DNA of 62,823 nucleotides, the filler included, from Chlamydiia bacterium (GTDB lineage Bacteria; Chlamydiota; Chlamydiia; Chlamydiales; FEN-1388), in the NCBI GenBank assembly GCA_903848235.1. It is 9 parts of 9 records of this genome, joined end to end, with 100 filler letters (N's around TTAATTAATTAA, not from the genome) between each part and the next. Parts side by side here need not be neighbours in the genome. Positions count along the whole stretch, not along the records: positions 11,205 to 21,122 come from CAINFV010000268.1; positions 21,223 to 28,748 come from CAINFV010000269.1; positions 28,849 to 33,211 come from CAINFV010000270.1; 6 more parts are not named here. One strand, given 5' to 3'. Of this stretch, positions 19,648 through 30,081 are shown piece by piece. Within the stretch, counting starts at the first letter, position 1, and each line of letters starts with the position of its first letter. The position numbers and the translations under genes were made by a program. A model generated the notes under the pieces. It ran no database searches. It was not told the origin of the DNA and worked only from the letters and a program-made list of their open reading frames with translations.

Positions 19648-19920
19648 GTCGCCTGAATCAATCTCGCAATACTCTTGCAAACTTTGAGCACTCAAGCCAT
19701 ACGACGACCCTTATTTCCTTGAATTATACACATTTTAATTGGAAAATCGCCCTTACATTTGCCAAGGGTTGCGGTTTGACCCTTGCGAAGCAGCCTATAG
19801 TGTACTATGGGCGATGCAGCAAGGTTCCCAAATGCAAGCTAAGGCATAAACCAATTCTTCAACGTGTTTGGGTATAAAGGTGATTTTCCAATTAAGATGT
19901 GTATAACCACGAGATGTGAG

Positions 19921-20814
19921 ATGACATTGCTTCAACAGATTTTTTCCCGTTTTTTTGCCGTATGGATATGCGTATCCTTGTCCGCTCTTTTTTCTTCTGA
20001 AAATACACCCCAAAAATCGCCGGAATTTTTCGTTGTCATCCCCTCGTACAACAACTGCCAATGGTGCGAGAGAAACCTTGAATCTGTCTTTGCCCAGACG
20101 TACCAAAATTGGACTCTTTTCTATATCGACGACTGTTCCACAGATGGCACTGGGGAGCTTGTTGACAAGTATGTAAAGGCTAGGGGCATGGAGCAAAAAT
20201 GCTTCGTTACCCATAACAGCGAACGCCGTGGTGCCATGGCGAATTTATATTTTGCCATTCATCAAGCGGCTCCCGACAAGATTATCGTTGACATTGACGG
20301 TGATGACTGGTTGTCCGACACTCAGGTTTTTCAAACACTCGCTGACGCCTATAAAGATCCATCTTGTTGGATGACCTATGGCTCATACCAATACGAACCC
20401 GGTGGGGAAAGAGGAATCTGCCAGCCAATTCCAGAAAGTTTCTTAGTGACAGGTGTCTATCGAGCGGACGGAAGGTGGATAACGTCTCATTTGAAAACGT
20501 TTTACGCAGGCCTGTTTCATAAGATAAAAAAAGAAGATTGTATGAGGGATGGAAAATTCCTTGAAATCACTTCAGACGTAGCTATTATCATTCCAATGTT
20601 TGAAATGGCGTTACCAAATCATATTCGTTATATCGATCGCATCATGTACATTTACAATTTTCTGAATCCCCTGTCAGATACACGACGACGCCTCTTACAA
20701 ATCGAGACAGACTTTTACATCAGGTCTTTGGAACCATACAAGCCGATCGGTGAGCTTTTCCCCAAGCAGCCCATAAGTGAGCAAGCAGAAATCGTTTCTC
20801 TCCAACCAAGTTGA
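19921..20814 (+). CDS. Family 2 glycosyltransferase
   Basis: VVIPSYN, IDDCSTD and DGDDW motifs; the stop codon lies inside MITE-B. Confidence 0.9.
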   Translation: MTLLQQIFSRFFAVWICVSLSALFSSENTPQKSPEFFVVIPSYNNCQWCERNLESVFAQTYQNWTLFYIDDCSTDGTGELVDKYVKARGMEQKCFVTHNSERRGAMANLYFAIHQAAPDKIIVDIDGDDWLSDTQVFQTLADAYKDPSCWMTYGSYQYEPGGERGICQPIPESFLVTGVYRADGRWITSHLKTFYAGLFHKIKKEDCMRDGKFLEITSDVAIIIPMFEMALPNHIRYIDRIMYIYNFLNPLSDTRRRLLQIETDFYIRSLEPYKPIGELFPKQPISEQAEIVSLQPS

Positions 20815-20961
20815 AGAAGCAGGAATTTGCCAATGCCGAAGGCCATAGATTCGATTTCGAAAAAAACAGGCCAACTATTCGCTATAGGGGCTGTTTTTTC
20901 GGAGTCGAAGGTGGGGTTTTCGGCTAAGGCAAAAACCGATTCTTCAACTTGTTTAGGTCTA
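20802..20961. mobile_element. MITE-B copy (opposite orientation to 51943-52106)
   Basis: ccaaccaagttgaagaa..ggggttttcggctaaggcaaaaaccgattcttcaacttgtttagg. Confidence 0.85.
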
Positions 20962-20977
20962 TTTTGCTTTGAGAAAA

Positions 20978-21122
20978 GGGTTCGTAGCAGCTCAATAAAT
21001 TGAGGACTTTTATGGACAAAAATGGACTTTTTGTCTACATTTTGATTCATGAAAATATCAATTGGAAAAGCAGCAAGAGAGCTTGGCGTCACCACTAAGA
21101 CGCTTCGCCGTTGGGAAGCAGC
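20978..21122 (+). mobile_element. tnpA: IS607-family left end with the start of tnpA (serine recombinase, ATG 21049), truncated by contig end
   Basis: MKISIGKAARELGVTTKTLRRWEA (MerR-like HTH); GGAC direct repeats at about 10-bp spacing; near-identical copy at 57846-57985. Confidence 0.8.
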
Positions 21123-21222
21123 NNNNNNNNNNNNNNNNNNNNNNNNNNNNNNNNNNNNNNNNNNNNTTAATTAATTAANNNNNNNNNNNNNNNNNNNNNN
21201 NNNNNNNNNNNNNNNNNNNNNN

Positions 21223-22652
21223 TCGCCATCCATTTCGACACGCACTTGGCTCAGGCCTTCGTCTGATTGAAAGGCACGTATGAACGCTTTATGCCGATCC
21301 TGTAGTTGAGAAAAAAGGTGCATGATTTCGACCCGATTGATCTCTCCTTCTTCTTCATATCCGAATTGACGAAGATACGCGAAAAACGATTGTATAATTC
21401 GTTCCCATTTTTTCTCAGAGTAAAAAACGCTCATTGAAAGTTCAGGCATTTTGTTTTCCACAAAAAGAGCTGCAGTGCGCAATATTTTCTTTCGATCAAC
21501 GCGAGACGACTCATCGACCAAGAGCGGGTTGCCGCCATTCAAAATCTCTCTTCTCGCTTCTGGAGGCAAATGCATTATTGTCCCAATGGCGTCAGGAAGC
21601 GTCGCTTTTGCTTGATATAGAAAGCGCAGGAAGCAGACTAAATCTTCATCGGTATACCCATCAGGACACTTCTTCATAGCTATAACGAACTCAAACGCAT
21701 CGCAATAGTTCTTTCTTGAATTATTGCTCAATGGCAGGGCGCCTTTCAAAATCTCCAAAGCAGTTTTCGGAAATTCAGACAGATCATTCGTCACAGATTC
21801 AGCAACCGTCCAATGCTGTCGGAGAAAAGGCATCAGGTTTTCGACGAGAAATATGGTTTCATGTCGCAGAAGCTTGTAAAGAGAAGGACACGCATGAAGT
21901 TCTTTTGCCAAGCTCGCAATCGTACCGATTTCGGCATTCATTTCACCGACTAAAAATTTTTCCGTCTCAGCAACCTGAGGGGCAAGATCAGGTTGATATG
22001 ACAGCATCATCATCTGTAGATGTATCCATTCTTTTAAACGTTCTCGTTCCTGTTCTGAACTCACTGCCGTAGCAAAATTTCCTATCGAAAGCTCACGGAT
22101 CTTGGACAGCAACATAAGCTCATAATCAAGAGCGCATGAGCTCCATCGTTCATCTTCGGTTGCCGGAATCTCTTTTAAAGTTTTTATTGTAGATAGAAAT
22201 TTCTGAAACCATTCGGAGCATCTTTGTAGCGACAGATCTTCACCATTAAGATATAAAATTTCACTCCATGATTTCATCCATTTCTCAACTAAAGCGCGTG
22301 GAATATTTTTCAGTTCAGAAGACAGCGCCTGTAGTGCGACCATATGTGCATGATGCAGCATCTTTCTGTTCGTGCTGAATGTAGACATCCCAGCACACCT
22401 AAGATCCTCTACCATGCGAGTTTCTTGATCGCGCGACTGAAAAACAGCTCGCATTATTTCAACGCGAATACCCTTCGTTTGTTCTTCCAAGCCTCTTTTT
22501 CGGGCAATTTCAAAGAAGACAGCCACAGACTTATCCCATTCGTCCCTCAGTTGCCCCTCATTCCAATGAGGGTTCTTGTTCGTATATTCCTCAGTAAAAC
22601 GGACGGCCCAGTCGCAAACTGTTTCTTTTGATAGACTAGAATACTGCCCCAT
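21223..22652 (-). CDS. Hypothetical helical protein (3' truncated)
   Basis: More than 470 aa open; no motif recognised. Confidence 0.6.
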
Positions 22653-22810
22653 AATTTTTTTAACTCCAGCAAATATGATGTATTATTTCTGAATGCAATA
22701 TGAATTAAGAAGCGAATTATATCAAAAAAAGAGATAGCATGCTATTAATTAATTGTCGCCCATGCTAATCAATTAACAAATGAAGAGGGCGCGATAATAT
22801 TCCGATGACA

Positions 22811-22872
22811 GTTGAAGAATTGGGTTTTCGGCTATGGCAAAAACCAATTCTTCAACTAGGTTTGGGTATATA
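22811..22872. mobile_element. Internally deleted MITE-B
   Basis: gttgaagaattgggttttcggctatggcaaaaaccaattcttcaactaggtttgggtata. Confidence 0.8.
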
Positions 22873-22885
22873 GGTAGAAAAGAGG

Positions 22886-23956
22886 CTACGACATCAATGC
22901 CGCCACCCCTGACATCTCATTGACGAGATCTATGGCATAGTCTAGCAGAAGGAAGAACTGCTCTTCGTTTTGAACAAAACGCTCTCCTCGCTGTTCTCTG
23001 AGCTGAACGATTAACTCTACAAGGCCTGTTCCAATATTTTCAGGCTGTATCAGCCCTTGTAGAACTCGCTTCTTCAAAAAATAGGCAGTCAGAAGCGTCC
23101 CTGTTCTTCCAACACCAGCGTGACAATGCACCAGTGTATTTTTTTGGAAAGACATCTCCAGCTTCGACACGAGATATTTAAGAATAGGAAGACTAACGCC
23201 GCAACAGTCTTTCCACCCTCTGTAATGGCACCATTGAATCAGTTGACTTTTTTGTGTAATAAAGTCTTTCACCTCACAAATAAAAGTGCATTCCTCTGGC
23301 GTTTCATCTATTTTATCAACGAGACGTACGATTACACTCCCAAAGACAGACGGAGTCTCTCTTTCCATTGGAGCGTAACTAGATTCCTCAACCGACAAGT
23401 CAATGATGTCGTACCCGCTCTCAATAATAAACCTCCAGAACAGTTCATGTTCACAAGGGATCTGCGAGGCAATAAGCTGTCTAGAACTTATCCCATCAGA
23501 CACATAGTTAGCATGAAGGAAGAAGCCTCCTACCGTCACTGCAGTTCGTCGAGGGCACCGAACGTTGGAAAAAAGAGCCTTCACTTCAGGAAAAGGAAAT
23601 TCGAAGTTACTTTTCAAACATGGAATATCATGAGCTGTTAGCATGGTCATCTCATCTAACGTAGAGACAAGTGCGCGGCGAGCCTCTGGCGCCATAAGTC
23701 GTGTGAAAGAAGGAACGGGAGTATGTACAGCAACTGCAGAAAGCCTCAGATGGGGCACAGAATGCAGCGAAGCAGAAGCAGCTGCCATTGGCGCACCAAC
23801 GAGCGTAGCATCAGCCCGCTGCGAAACACGCTCCTCTAAAAACCTCGCTGCTTCGGACTGATTCTCTGGCACCGGAAGCAATCTATCTGTCTCTAGCGCA
23901 GACAAATCTACAAAATCTCCTGAAAGATCAGGGTCAATAGTTACTTGAAAAGACAT
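22886..23956 (-). CDS. Protein-tyrosine phosphatase (classical PTP fold), candidate effector
   Basis: HANYV, IASQIP, WKD (WPD loop), VHCHAGVGRTG (CX5R) and FVQNEEQF (Q loop). Confidence 0.9.
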   Translation of the reverse strand: MSFQVTIDPDLSGDFVDLSALETDRLLPVPENQSEAARFLEERVSQRADATLVGAPMAAASASLHSVPHLRLSAVAVHTPVPSFTRLMAPEARRALVSTLDEMTMLTAHDIPCLKSNFEFPFPEVKALFSNVRCPRRTAVTVGGFFLHANYVSDGISSRQLIASQIPCEHELFWRFIIESGYDIIDLSVEESSYAPMERETPSVFGSVIVRLVDKIDETPEECTFICEVKDFITQKSQLIQWCHYRGWKDCCGVSLPILKYLVSKLEMSFQKNTLVHCHAGVGRTGTLLTAYFLKKRVLQGLIQPENIGTGLVELIVQLREQRGERFVQNEEQFFLLLDYAIDLVNEMSGVAALMS

Positions 23957-24051
23957 AGCATCCCTCGTTAGATAAAGAATAAGGAAAACAGCGCAATGTA
24001 CTGAACTTTATAACCAAGGGCCAACCAAAACGAGTGTACATAGCAAGAGAC

Positions 24052-25092
24052 TTAAGAGTTCGCAAGCTTGGCTTCTAAAGCCTTCAAACGTTGAAATAAC
24101 TCACCAACACGTCGTAGATAGACAGCGTTCCGATTGTATTCAGAGAGTGGTTGCACAGGAACTCCACCGTAATCGCCGGAGGAGGGAAGAGACTTTGACA
24201 CGCCAGAGCATGCCGTTACGCGGACGCCATTGCCAATCTGGATATGGCCATTAACAGCTACCTGACCACCGAGCACAACATGGTCACCAAGCTTCGCAGA
24301 ACCAGCAATCCCCACTTGCGCAACGATGAGCGAATGCTTGCCAATCTCAACGTTATGAGCGATTTGCACGAGGTTGTCGATTTTCGTCCCCTCCGCAATA
24401 GAGGTAGACTGAAAGCGAGCACGGTCGATGGTTGTATTAGCACCAATTTCCACATCATCGCCAAGGACTACATTTCCAAGTTGATCGAGCTTGGCATGAC
24501 GGCCATTTCCATCTGTCAGATACCCATACCCACATGAGCCAACAATTGCTCCCGGCTGAATGACAACACGATTGCCGAGGATGACTCCCTCGCGGATCAC
24601 CACATGAGGATGGATGGTACATTCGTTTCCAAGGGTAGACTGAGGGCCGATATAAACAAACGCCCCGATCAGCGTCCCATCGCCAACTGATGCCTCTGCA
24701 TCGATCACTGCATACGGACATACCACAACATCATGACCCATGCGAGCGGTAGGATGAATGACGGCTGTGGGATGAATGCCTGAAAAAGCAGTCAGCGGAG
24801 GTTTTGTCCCTCGAAAGACTGCCAGCACCTGCTGGAACGCGGCGCTGGGATTATCATGGAGAAGATAGTGGCGGCCTGCTGGGCGTTCTGTAGTAGGGGT
24901 AACGATGATAGCACCAGCTCGACTATCAAGCATCTGCTGATGATAGCGAACGTTTGCAAAAAAAGAGATGTCAGCACAGGTGGCACGTTCTAAATCGGAA
25001 ATCCCACTGATACTAAAATGAGGATCCCCATCTACCTGTGCTCCGATCCTAATGGCAAGTTCTTCGAGCGAAAAGCACGATACTTTCATCAA
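24052..25092 (-). CDS. lpxD: UDP-3-O-acylglucosamine N-acyltransferase
   Basis: Hexapeptide repeats; VEIGANTTIDR and KIDNLVQIAHNV motifs. Confidence 0.96.
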   Translation of the reverse strand: MMKVSCFSLEELAIRIGAQVDGDPHFSISGISDLERATCADISFFANVRYHQQMLDSRAGAIIVTPTTERPAGRHYLLHDNPSAAFQQVLAVFRGTKPPLTAFSGIHPTAVIHPTARMGHDVVVCPYAVIDAEASVGDGTLIGAFVYIGPQSTLGNECTIHPHVVIREGVILGNRVVIQPGAIVGSCGYGYLTDGNGRHAKLDQLGNVVLGDDVEIGANTTIDRARFQSTSIAEGTKIDNLVQIAHNVEIGKHSLIVAQVGIAGSAKLGDHVVLGGQVAVNGHIQIGNGVRVTACSGVSKSLPSSGDYGGVPVQPLSEYNRNAVYLRRVGELFQRLKALEAKLANS

Positions 25093-25120
25093 AAACCCCT
25101 ACAAACAACGCCCTTGAGCG

Positions 25121-25669
25121 CTACTTCTTTTCTGCCTTCTGAGCAGCAACATGCATCTCATCGAGCTTTTTAATTATCTCATCGGAGAGATCAAGCTTGT
25201 CTGCCTTAAAAAAGCACGTCTCATCGTTGATAATAAGATCGAGCCCTTTCTCTTTGGCCAACGCTTTTGAAGCCTCAGAAATCATATCAAATAACTTTTG
25301 TACCACCTGCATGTTCGCTTGGTTCAACGTCTGGTAGAACTGATTCTGCTGCTGCGTAAGATCTTGGCTAAGAGTCTTGAATTTCTCCTTCAGCTCAGCT
25401 TCTGCTTCTGGCGTCAGTGAGTCGAGATACTCTTCGCTGAATTTCGGAGCAAGATCATTGAGCTCTTTTTCTTTCTGCTCAAGAGACTGTTCCATCTGCT
25501 TGCGAGCTTGATCAAAACGTGTTTGCTCTTCCTTGCCAACTTTTGATTTTTCAAGAACCGTCTTAAAGCTGATTGTTCCTACATTTGGAGGAACGATCTT
25601 GTCAGCAGCCATACATGGTGCTACAGCACAGGCTACGAGCAGCAACATTGCTGCAGTCCATTTTTTCAT
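25121..25669 (-). CDS. skp: OmpH/Skp periplasmic chaperone
   Basis: Signal peptide, coiled coil, DLSDEIIK; located between bamA and lpxD. Confidence 0.9.
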   Translation of the reverse strand: MKKWTAAMLLLVACAVAPCMAADKIVPPNVGTISFKTVLEKSKVGKEEQTRFDQARKQMEQSLEQKEKELNDLAPKFSEEYLDSLTPEAEAELKEKFKTLSQDLTQQQNQFYQTLNQANMQVVQKLFDMISEASKALAKEKGLDLIINDETCFFKADKLDLSDEIIKKLDEMHVAAQKAEKK

Positions 25670-25708
25670 ACAACTCTCATGCTCCCTTACGTGAAATGCT
25701 ATAGTCTA

Positions 25709-28072
25709 CTAAAACCCAACGCCGATAGAAAAGAAGAAATGTCGGGTATCCTTCTTGTTTTCAGGGTTGAGTGGATATCCCATCCCAAATGTCAATGGCG
25801 TCGTATCAGAAATATAAAATCGCAATCCAAAACCGGTCGTCATCTGAAGACGGCCAACGCTAAACTGATGCCACCATACATTACCGATGTCAGTAAAGAC
25901 AAATCCATTCAGCTTTTTCCAGATGGGATGCTCATACTCGCCAGAAAAGAGCAGCGATGTCATGCCCCCTCGTGGCGTTCTTTCGCGATCATGAAACTTC
26001 GGACCTACCATGTTGTATTTAAACCCACGCATCGTAGCATCTCCACCTAAGTACAGACGCTCATCTAATGGCAAATGTCGAGGACGCGTTCCTAACACAG
26101 TTTGTATGCCCTGAGCATCCCCTCGAAATTTAAAGACACCCGTTCCATATGGAGAGTAGAAGCATGAGTTCAGATAGGCAAGCTTCATAAAATGATGGTC
26201 GCCGCCAACACCTGCATACTCCACAGAAAGTTCAGAACGAATCCCCTCTTTTGGCAACACAGGATGGTTTGTCGAGTCATAATATAAGGCAACGCCTACG
26301 GCAGAAATCATTCCCCCATTCTTCGACTCTCGAATCAGCTGACGGTTTCTTCGGGAGTGGTGAATGTCTTTCAAGTCGATCTCTGAATTTTTGATGCGAT
26401 AGTGGGTTCCGAACTTCAGAAATGGATTCAAATCATATTTTCCAGAAATAACAGCCTGATCTGATTTGATCGTATAGTCGCTTGATGCATACGAGTTGCG
26501 TATCTTCTCTAAATCAACGCCTAACACCCAATCGGTATCGAGGAAGTAAGGCTTTGTCCACGCTGCCTTGTAGGCAAGTTGCTTGGTACCTATTGTCACG
26601 CTGGCAGTGGCATTTTCACCGCCACCACGAAGAGCTCGAAAGCCATCAGTGAATATTCTAGGAACTCCCAGCAAGCGGAAGTTCGCCTCCGAGAGACCAA
26701 AACCACCGGAGATCCCCTCGTCGGAGTTCCATCCGGCAAAAGCCATAAAGCGAGCCGTGGTCGATATCTCTTCTACCTCGATATGAACATCACGAAATGC
26801 TGCCTCTCCGCCGTCGAGTCGACTTGATTTAACGGCATAGACGTTGACAGTTTTAAAATACCCAATGTTACGCAACCGCTCTTCAGTCTTCGCCAATAGG
26901 TTGGTGTCAAAAACAGCTCCAGGGACAAGCAGTGTTTCATGAAGGATGACACGGGTCTCTGTAATCGTATTACCAACAATATCGATCATGCCAACGCGAA
27001 AACACTTCCCCTCTTCGACGCGAAAATTCACGTCGTAGATCTGTTCATCCTCACGAATTCTCGGCTCTGGGACGATGGCGGCATCGATATAACCTTTCGC
27101 GCCGTACAGGCTATACATATTCGTACCCGCTAGGCGGATGCCTTCTGGAGAATAGACGTCTGACGTCACGAGCCCGGCTTTCTTCAACAGCGCCTCTTGA
27201 GAGAAGAGAACGCTTCCTGACGTGCTGATGTTTCCAAGGAGATAGGTCTTACCCTTATCCACAGAAATTTCGATGATAATACGATCTTTAGAGTCTTGTG
27301 AGGGCACGATAGAGGTCGACACCTTAGCGTCGAGAAAACCTTTATTCTGAAAGTATCTCAGAATCGACATCTCATCTTGTCGAAAGACATCTTTATAAAA
27401 TGTCCCTTGATTGGTCAGCCACGAGAGCCACAGACAGTATTCTTTGGTCATCAGAGAATCACAAATCTCATCGCTTTCAGTTGTCGTACATCCTGTGAAG
27501 CGAATCTCTTCGACATACCCTGCACGGCCTTCTTTAATAGTAATCTCAATATCAATTGAGTTTGGCTCGGAGAGAGGAACTGCCTTGAAATCTATGTCGG
27601 ACTCAAAAAACCCCTTTTTCACGTAGTACTGACGGAGCTTTTGGATAGCCTTTGAAAATGCCTGACGGTCGTAGACGGAGCCAGCAGCAATGCCAACTTC
27701 TTTTTCAAGTTTGTCTTGCTCGACAAATTGATTTCCTGTCCAGATGATCTGATGGATGATTGGCTTTTTCCATACCTTTAGAGCAACTGTCACCTCGCCA
27801 TCAACCACTGTCACCGTAGGCTCTACGCGGTCAAATTCCCTAGCGATTTGCTTTAAGTCTTTGTCAAACTCTGTCTGCGAAAAACGCTCTCGCTCTTTTG
27901 TCTGCAGAGTCTTGAGCACAGCCTCTTCGCTACCTGCCGGCTCTCCGACAATCTCAAAGGAAAATGACTTTATAGGAAGCGCTTCAGGGCTCCCTGCTAC
28001 CGCAGCCCAACTCATAGAGGCTATGCAAATTAGACCGCAGAAGCACAAGCGACGCCAAAAACCTGTATTCAT
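25709..28072 (-). CDS. bamA: Outer membrane protein assembly factor BamA
   Basis: POTRA repeats, LGG..MRGF (VRGF loop), C-terminal F. Confidence 0.95.
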   Translation of the reverse strand: MNTGFWRRLCFCGLICIASMSWAAVAGSPEALPIKSFSFEIVGEPAGSEEAVLKTLQTKERERFSQTEFDKDLKQIAREFDRVEPTVTVVDGEVTVALKVWKKPIIHQIIWTGNQFVEQDKLEKEVGIAAGSVYDRQAFSKAIQKLRQYYVKKGFFESDIDFKAVPLSEPNSIDIEITIKEGRAGYVEEIRFTGCTTTESDEICDSLMTKEYCLWLSWLTNQGTFYKDVFRQDEMSILRYFQNKGFLDAKVSTSIVPSQDSKDRIIIEISVDKGKTYLLGNISTSGSVLFSQEALLKKAGLVTSDVYSPEGIRLAGTNMYSLYGAKGYIDAAIVPEPRIREDEQIYDVNFRVEEGKCFRVGMIDIVGNTITETRVILHETLLVPGAVFDTNLLAKTEERLRNIGYFKTVNVYAVKSSRLDGGEAAFRDVHIEVEEISTTARFMAFAGWNSDEGISGGFGLSEANFRLLGVPRIFTDGFRALRGGGENATASVTIGTKQLAYKAAWTKPYFLDTDWVLGVDLEKIRNSYASSDYTIKSDQAVISGKYDLNPFLKFGTHYRIKNSEIDLKDIHHSRRNRQLIRESKNGGMISAVGVALYYDSTNHPVLPKEGIRSELSVEYAGVGGDHHFMKLAYLNSCFYSPYGTGVFKFRGDAQGIQTVLGTRPRHLPLDERLYLGGDATMRGFKYNMVGPKFHDRERTPRGGMTSLLFSGEYEHPIWKKLNGFVFTDIGNVWWHQFSVGRLQMTTGFGLRFYISDTTPLTFGMGYPLNPENKKDTRHFFFSIGVGF

Positions 28073-28211
28073 AACTGAAAATCTCGAGCTATAAGAAGTT
28101 CTGAAAAGAAAAAAGAAGCGTACGACGGTCGGGGGGTATATTGCAACCCGACTTTTGCACTAGGCGAATGGCATGCGTCCATCGCAGGGACAAACCAACG
28201 TTTCCTGCGTT

Positions 28212-28585
28212 TCAACGAGTCTTTGCTATCATTGGAATTCTTTTCGGATGACCACGGCCGATATCATTATAAACGCTGATTACCGCCTGCTTGCGAAGTA
28301 GAGGCTTTTGCCGGACGACGATATCAATGTCCATTCCCAAGTCATTCAAGAAGTGAATCAGTCGCTCAACAGAAAACCCTTCAAGTTTGCGCCGCATTAA
28401 AGCAGACACCTTTGGCTGATTAATCCCCATCACTTTGGCTGCCGCCGCTCGGGTCATTTTTTTCTTCTTAATGATCTGCTCAATTTCCCATACGAGCTTA
28501 GCCTTCATAAGCTCCTCTTCGGGATTGTCAACGCCAATATCCGCGAAGACATTACCACTGCTCATCTCGCATTCGACTTCTTCAA
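28212..28585 (-). CDS. XRE/HigA-like antitoxin (HTH_37-like); 5' end interrupted by MITE-A
   Basis: SSGNVFADIG..PEE, GINQPKVS and GFSVERL motifs; frame stays open (EEVECEM) up to the MITE TSD; internal ATG at 28565. Confidence 0.8.
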
Positions 28586-28744
28586 CTGGACTTTAGCATT
28601 TTTTGAGACCGAGTTCGCATTCGTTGTCTCTCAGACTTCTTGCATTTATCATAAATGGCCTGCCCAGGCCGATCTATGATAAATGCAATCGTCTGAGAGA
28701 CAACCCTCTGCGAACTCGGTGCCCAAAAAAATGCTAAAGTCCAG
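28586..28744. mobile_element. MITE-A, intact 159-bp foldback element with TTCAA target duplication
   Basis: CTGGACTTTAGCATTTTTT..AAAAAATGCTAAAGTCCAG; TTCAA on the left, TTCA then N on the right. Confidence 0.9.
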
Positions 28745-28995
28745 TTCANNNNNNNNNNNNNNNNNNNNNNNNNNNNNNNNNNNNNNNNNNNNTTAATTAA
28801 TTAANNNNNNNNNNNNNNNNNNNNNNNNNNNNNNNNNNNNNNNNNNNNAGCTAAGGAGATGAAGAGAAAAAGCTAAGCAACTAGACAATGATGGGTAGGG
28901 TTTACCCAACCATCCCGAAGAGGGACAGAACCGGCAAAGATAATTGTCGTTGACCGGAAAAGATAATTGACGCGAAACAGTCTCGAGAAGAAAAA

Positions 28996-30081
28996 TTGGA
29001 AACCCTTCTCGCCAACTATTATGAGGTGGAAGAATCGCAAATCCTTCTTGCTGCCACGGGAAGCTCCGCTCTCTGCGCTCTGCTGATGGAATTTCCTTGT
29101 TCTAAAATCGCGCTGCCATCTTTTTGTTGCCTGGAAGTCGTCCAAGCGATTTTGCAAGCGGGTAGCATCCCCGTCTTTCTCGAGATGAACGAACAGCTTC
29201 AATTCACGGAGGAAAGCGTTCATTTTGCCGCAAGCCAAGAATGCACATTTTTCATTTGGCCTCATTTATTTGGAACGAGAACGATTCCTCTCCGACTAAA
29301 GATCCTCATTCGCTCATTGAAGATGTTTTTGATCGAAGATCAAGCCCAGTCGTTCCCTGAATTTGGGACTACTCCTCCTTTGCACGTGGATGCGGTGCTT
29401 TTTTCTTTCGGCCTTTCGAAAAAATTGGGGGGAATCGGCGGAGGGGGCCTCTGTCTGTATCACAAAGAACTCCGAGCGGCAGCTCCCGATCTCGGCAAAA
29501 CCTCCTATGGATGGAAAGACCACCTAAGAAGCCTCCTTTTCTCAAAAATACGTCTCCATAGTCCGTCTTTCGCTCACCGTCTAAAACTCTTTCCTCATCA
29601 GGAATCCGATTTAAAGACGCTCCTCGAGAAAAAATCTCTCCTTATTCCTCCTCCCCTGCTGAAACTCTCTTCGATGCAGAAGGAAAGGACTGTATTTCTT
29701 TGGAAAGCCTATGTACAAAAAAAGGATTCTTTCTCTAAAAACCTGGAACATCTTAAAATAGCAGCGAAAAAATGTTTTGGAACGGAGTCCCTCAAGTGGA
29801 TGGAAGGGATTGAATTCCCCTCTATTTTTGCTCTTGATGGAGGGTTCAATCGCCACGATCTTTTCTCTTACTTTTCTCAAAGAGGAATCCAGACAACATG
29901 GTATTATTATCCACTGCCCAAACTCACTGCTTTTCAAAACTTTCTCCAGGAGCCCTTGGCGACAACCCCCAACATCGCCTCTCGAATTGTAGTTCTCCCT
30001 TTTCAGTGGAAACACTCTGACAGACAAGTAAAATATCTTATCCAAAGTATTGGTGAATGTGAAGATTACGATTCTCGATGA
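28996..30081 (+). CDS. DegT/DnrJ/EryC1/StrS-family PLP-dependent aminotransferase-like protein
   Basis: ATGSSAL, PSFCC..V, HLFG, IEDQAQS and FSFGLSKKL..GGG motifs. Confidence 0.8.
   Translation: METLLANYYEVEESQILLAATGSSALCALLMEFPCSKIALPSFCCLEVVQAILQAGSIPVFLEMNEQLQFTEESVHFAASQECTFFIWPHLFGTRTIPLRLKILIRSLKMFLIEDQAQSFPEFGTTPPLHVDAVLFSFGLSKKLGGIGGGGLCLYHKELRAAAPDLGKTSYGWKDHLRSLLFSKIRLHSPSFAHRLKLFPHQESDLKTLLEKKSLLIPPPLLKLSSMQKERTVFLWKAYVQKKDSFSKNLEHLKIAAKKCFGTESLKWMEGIEFPSIFALDGGFNRHDLFSYFSQRGIQTTWYYYPLPKLTAFQNFLQEPLATTPNIASRIVVLPFQWKHSDRQVKYLIQSIGECEDYDSR

Noticed and set aside
20715..21095. ORFs 20715-21095 and 57544-57963 sharing the N-terminus MVTPSSLAAF
   Set aside because: Antisense reading of the IS607 end fused by chance to flanking DNA
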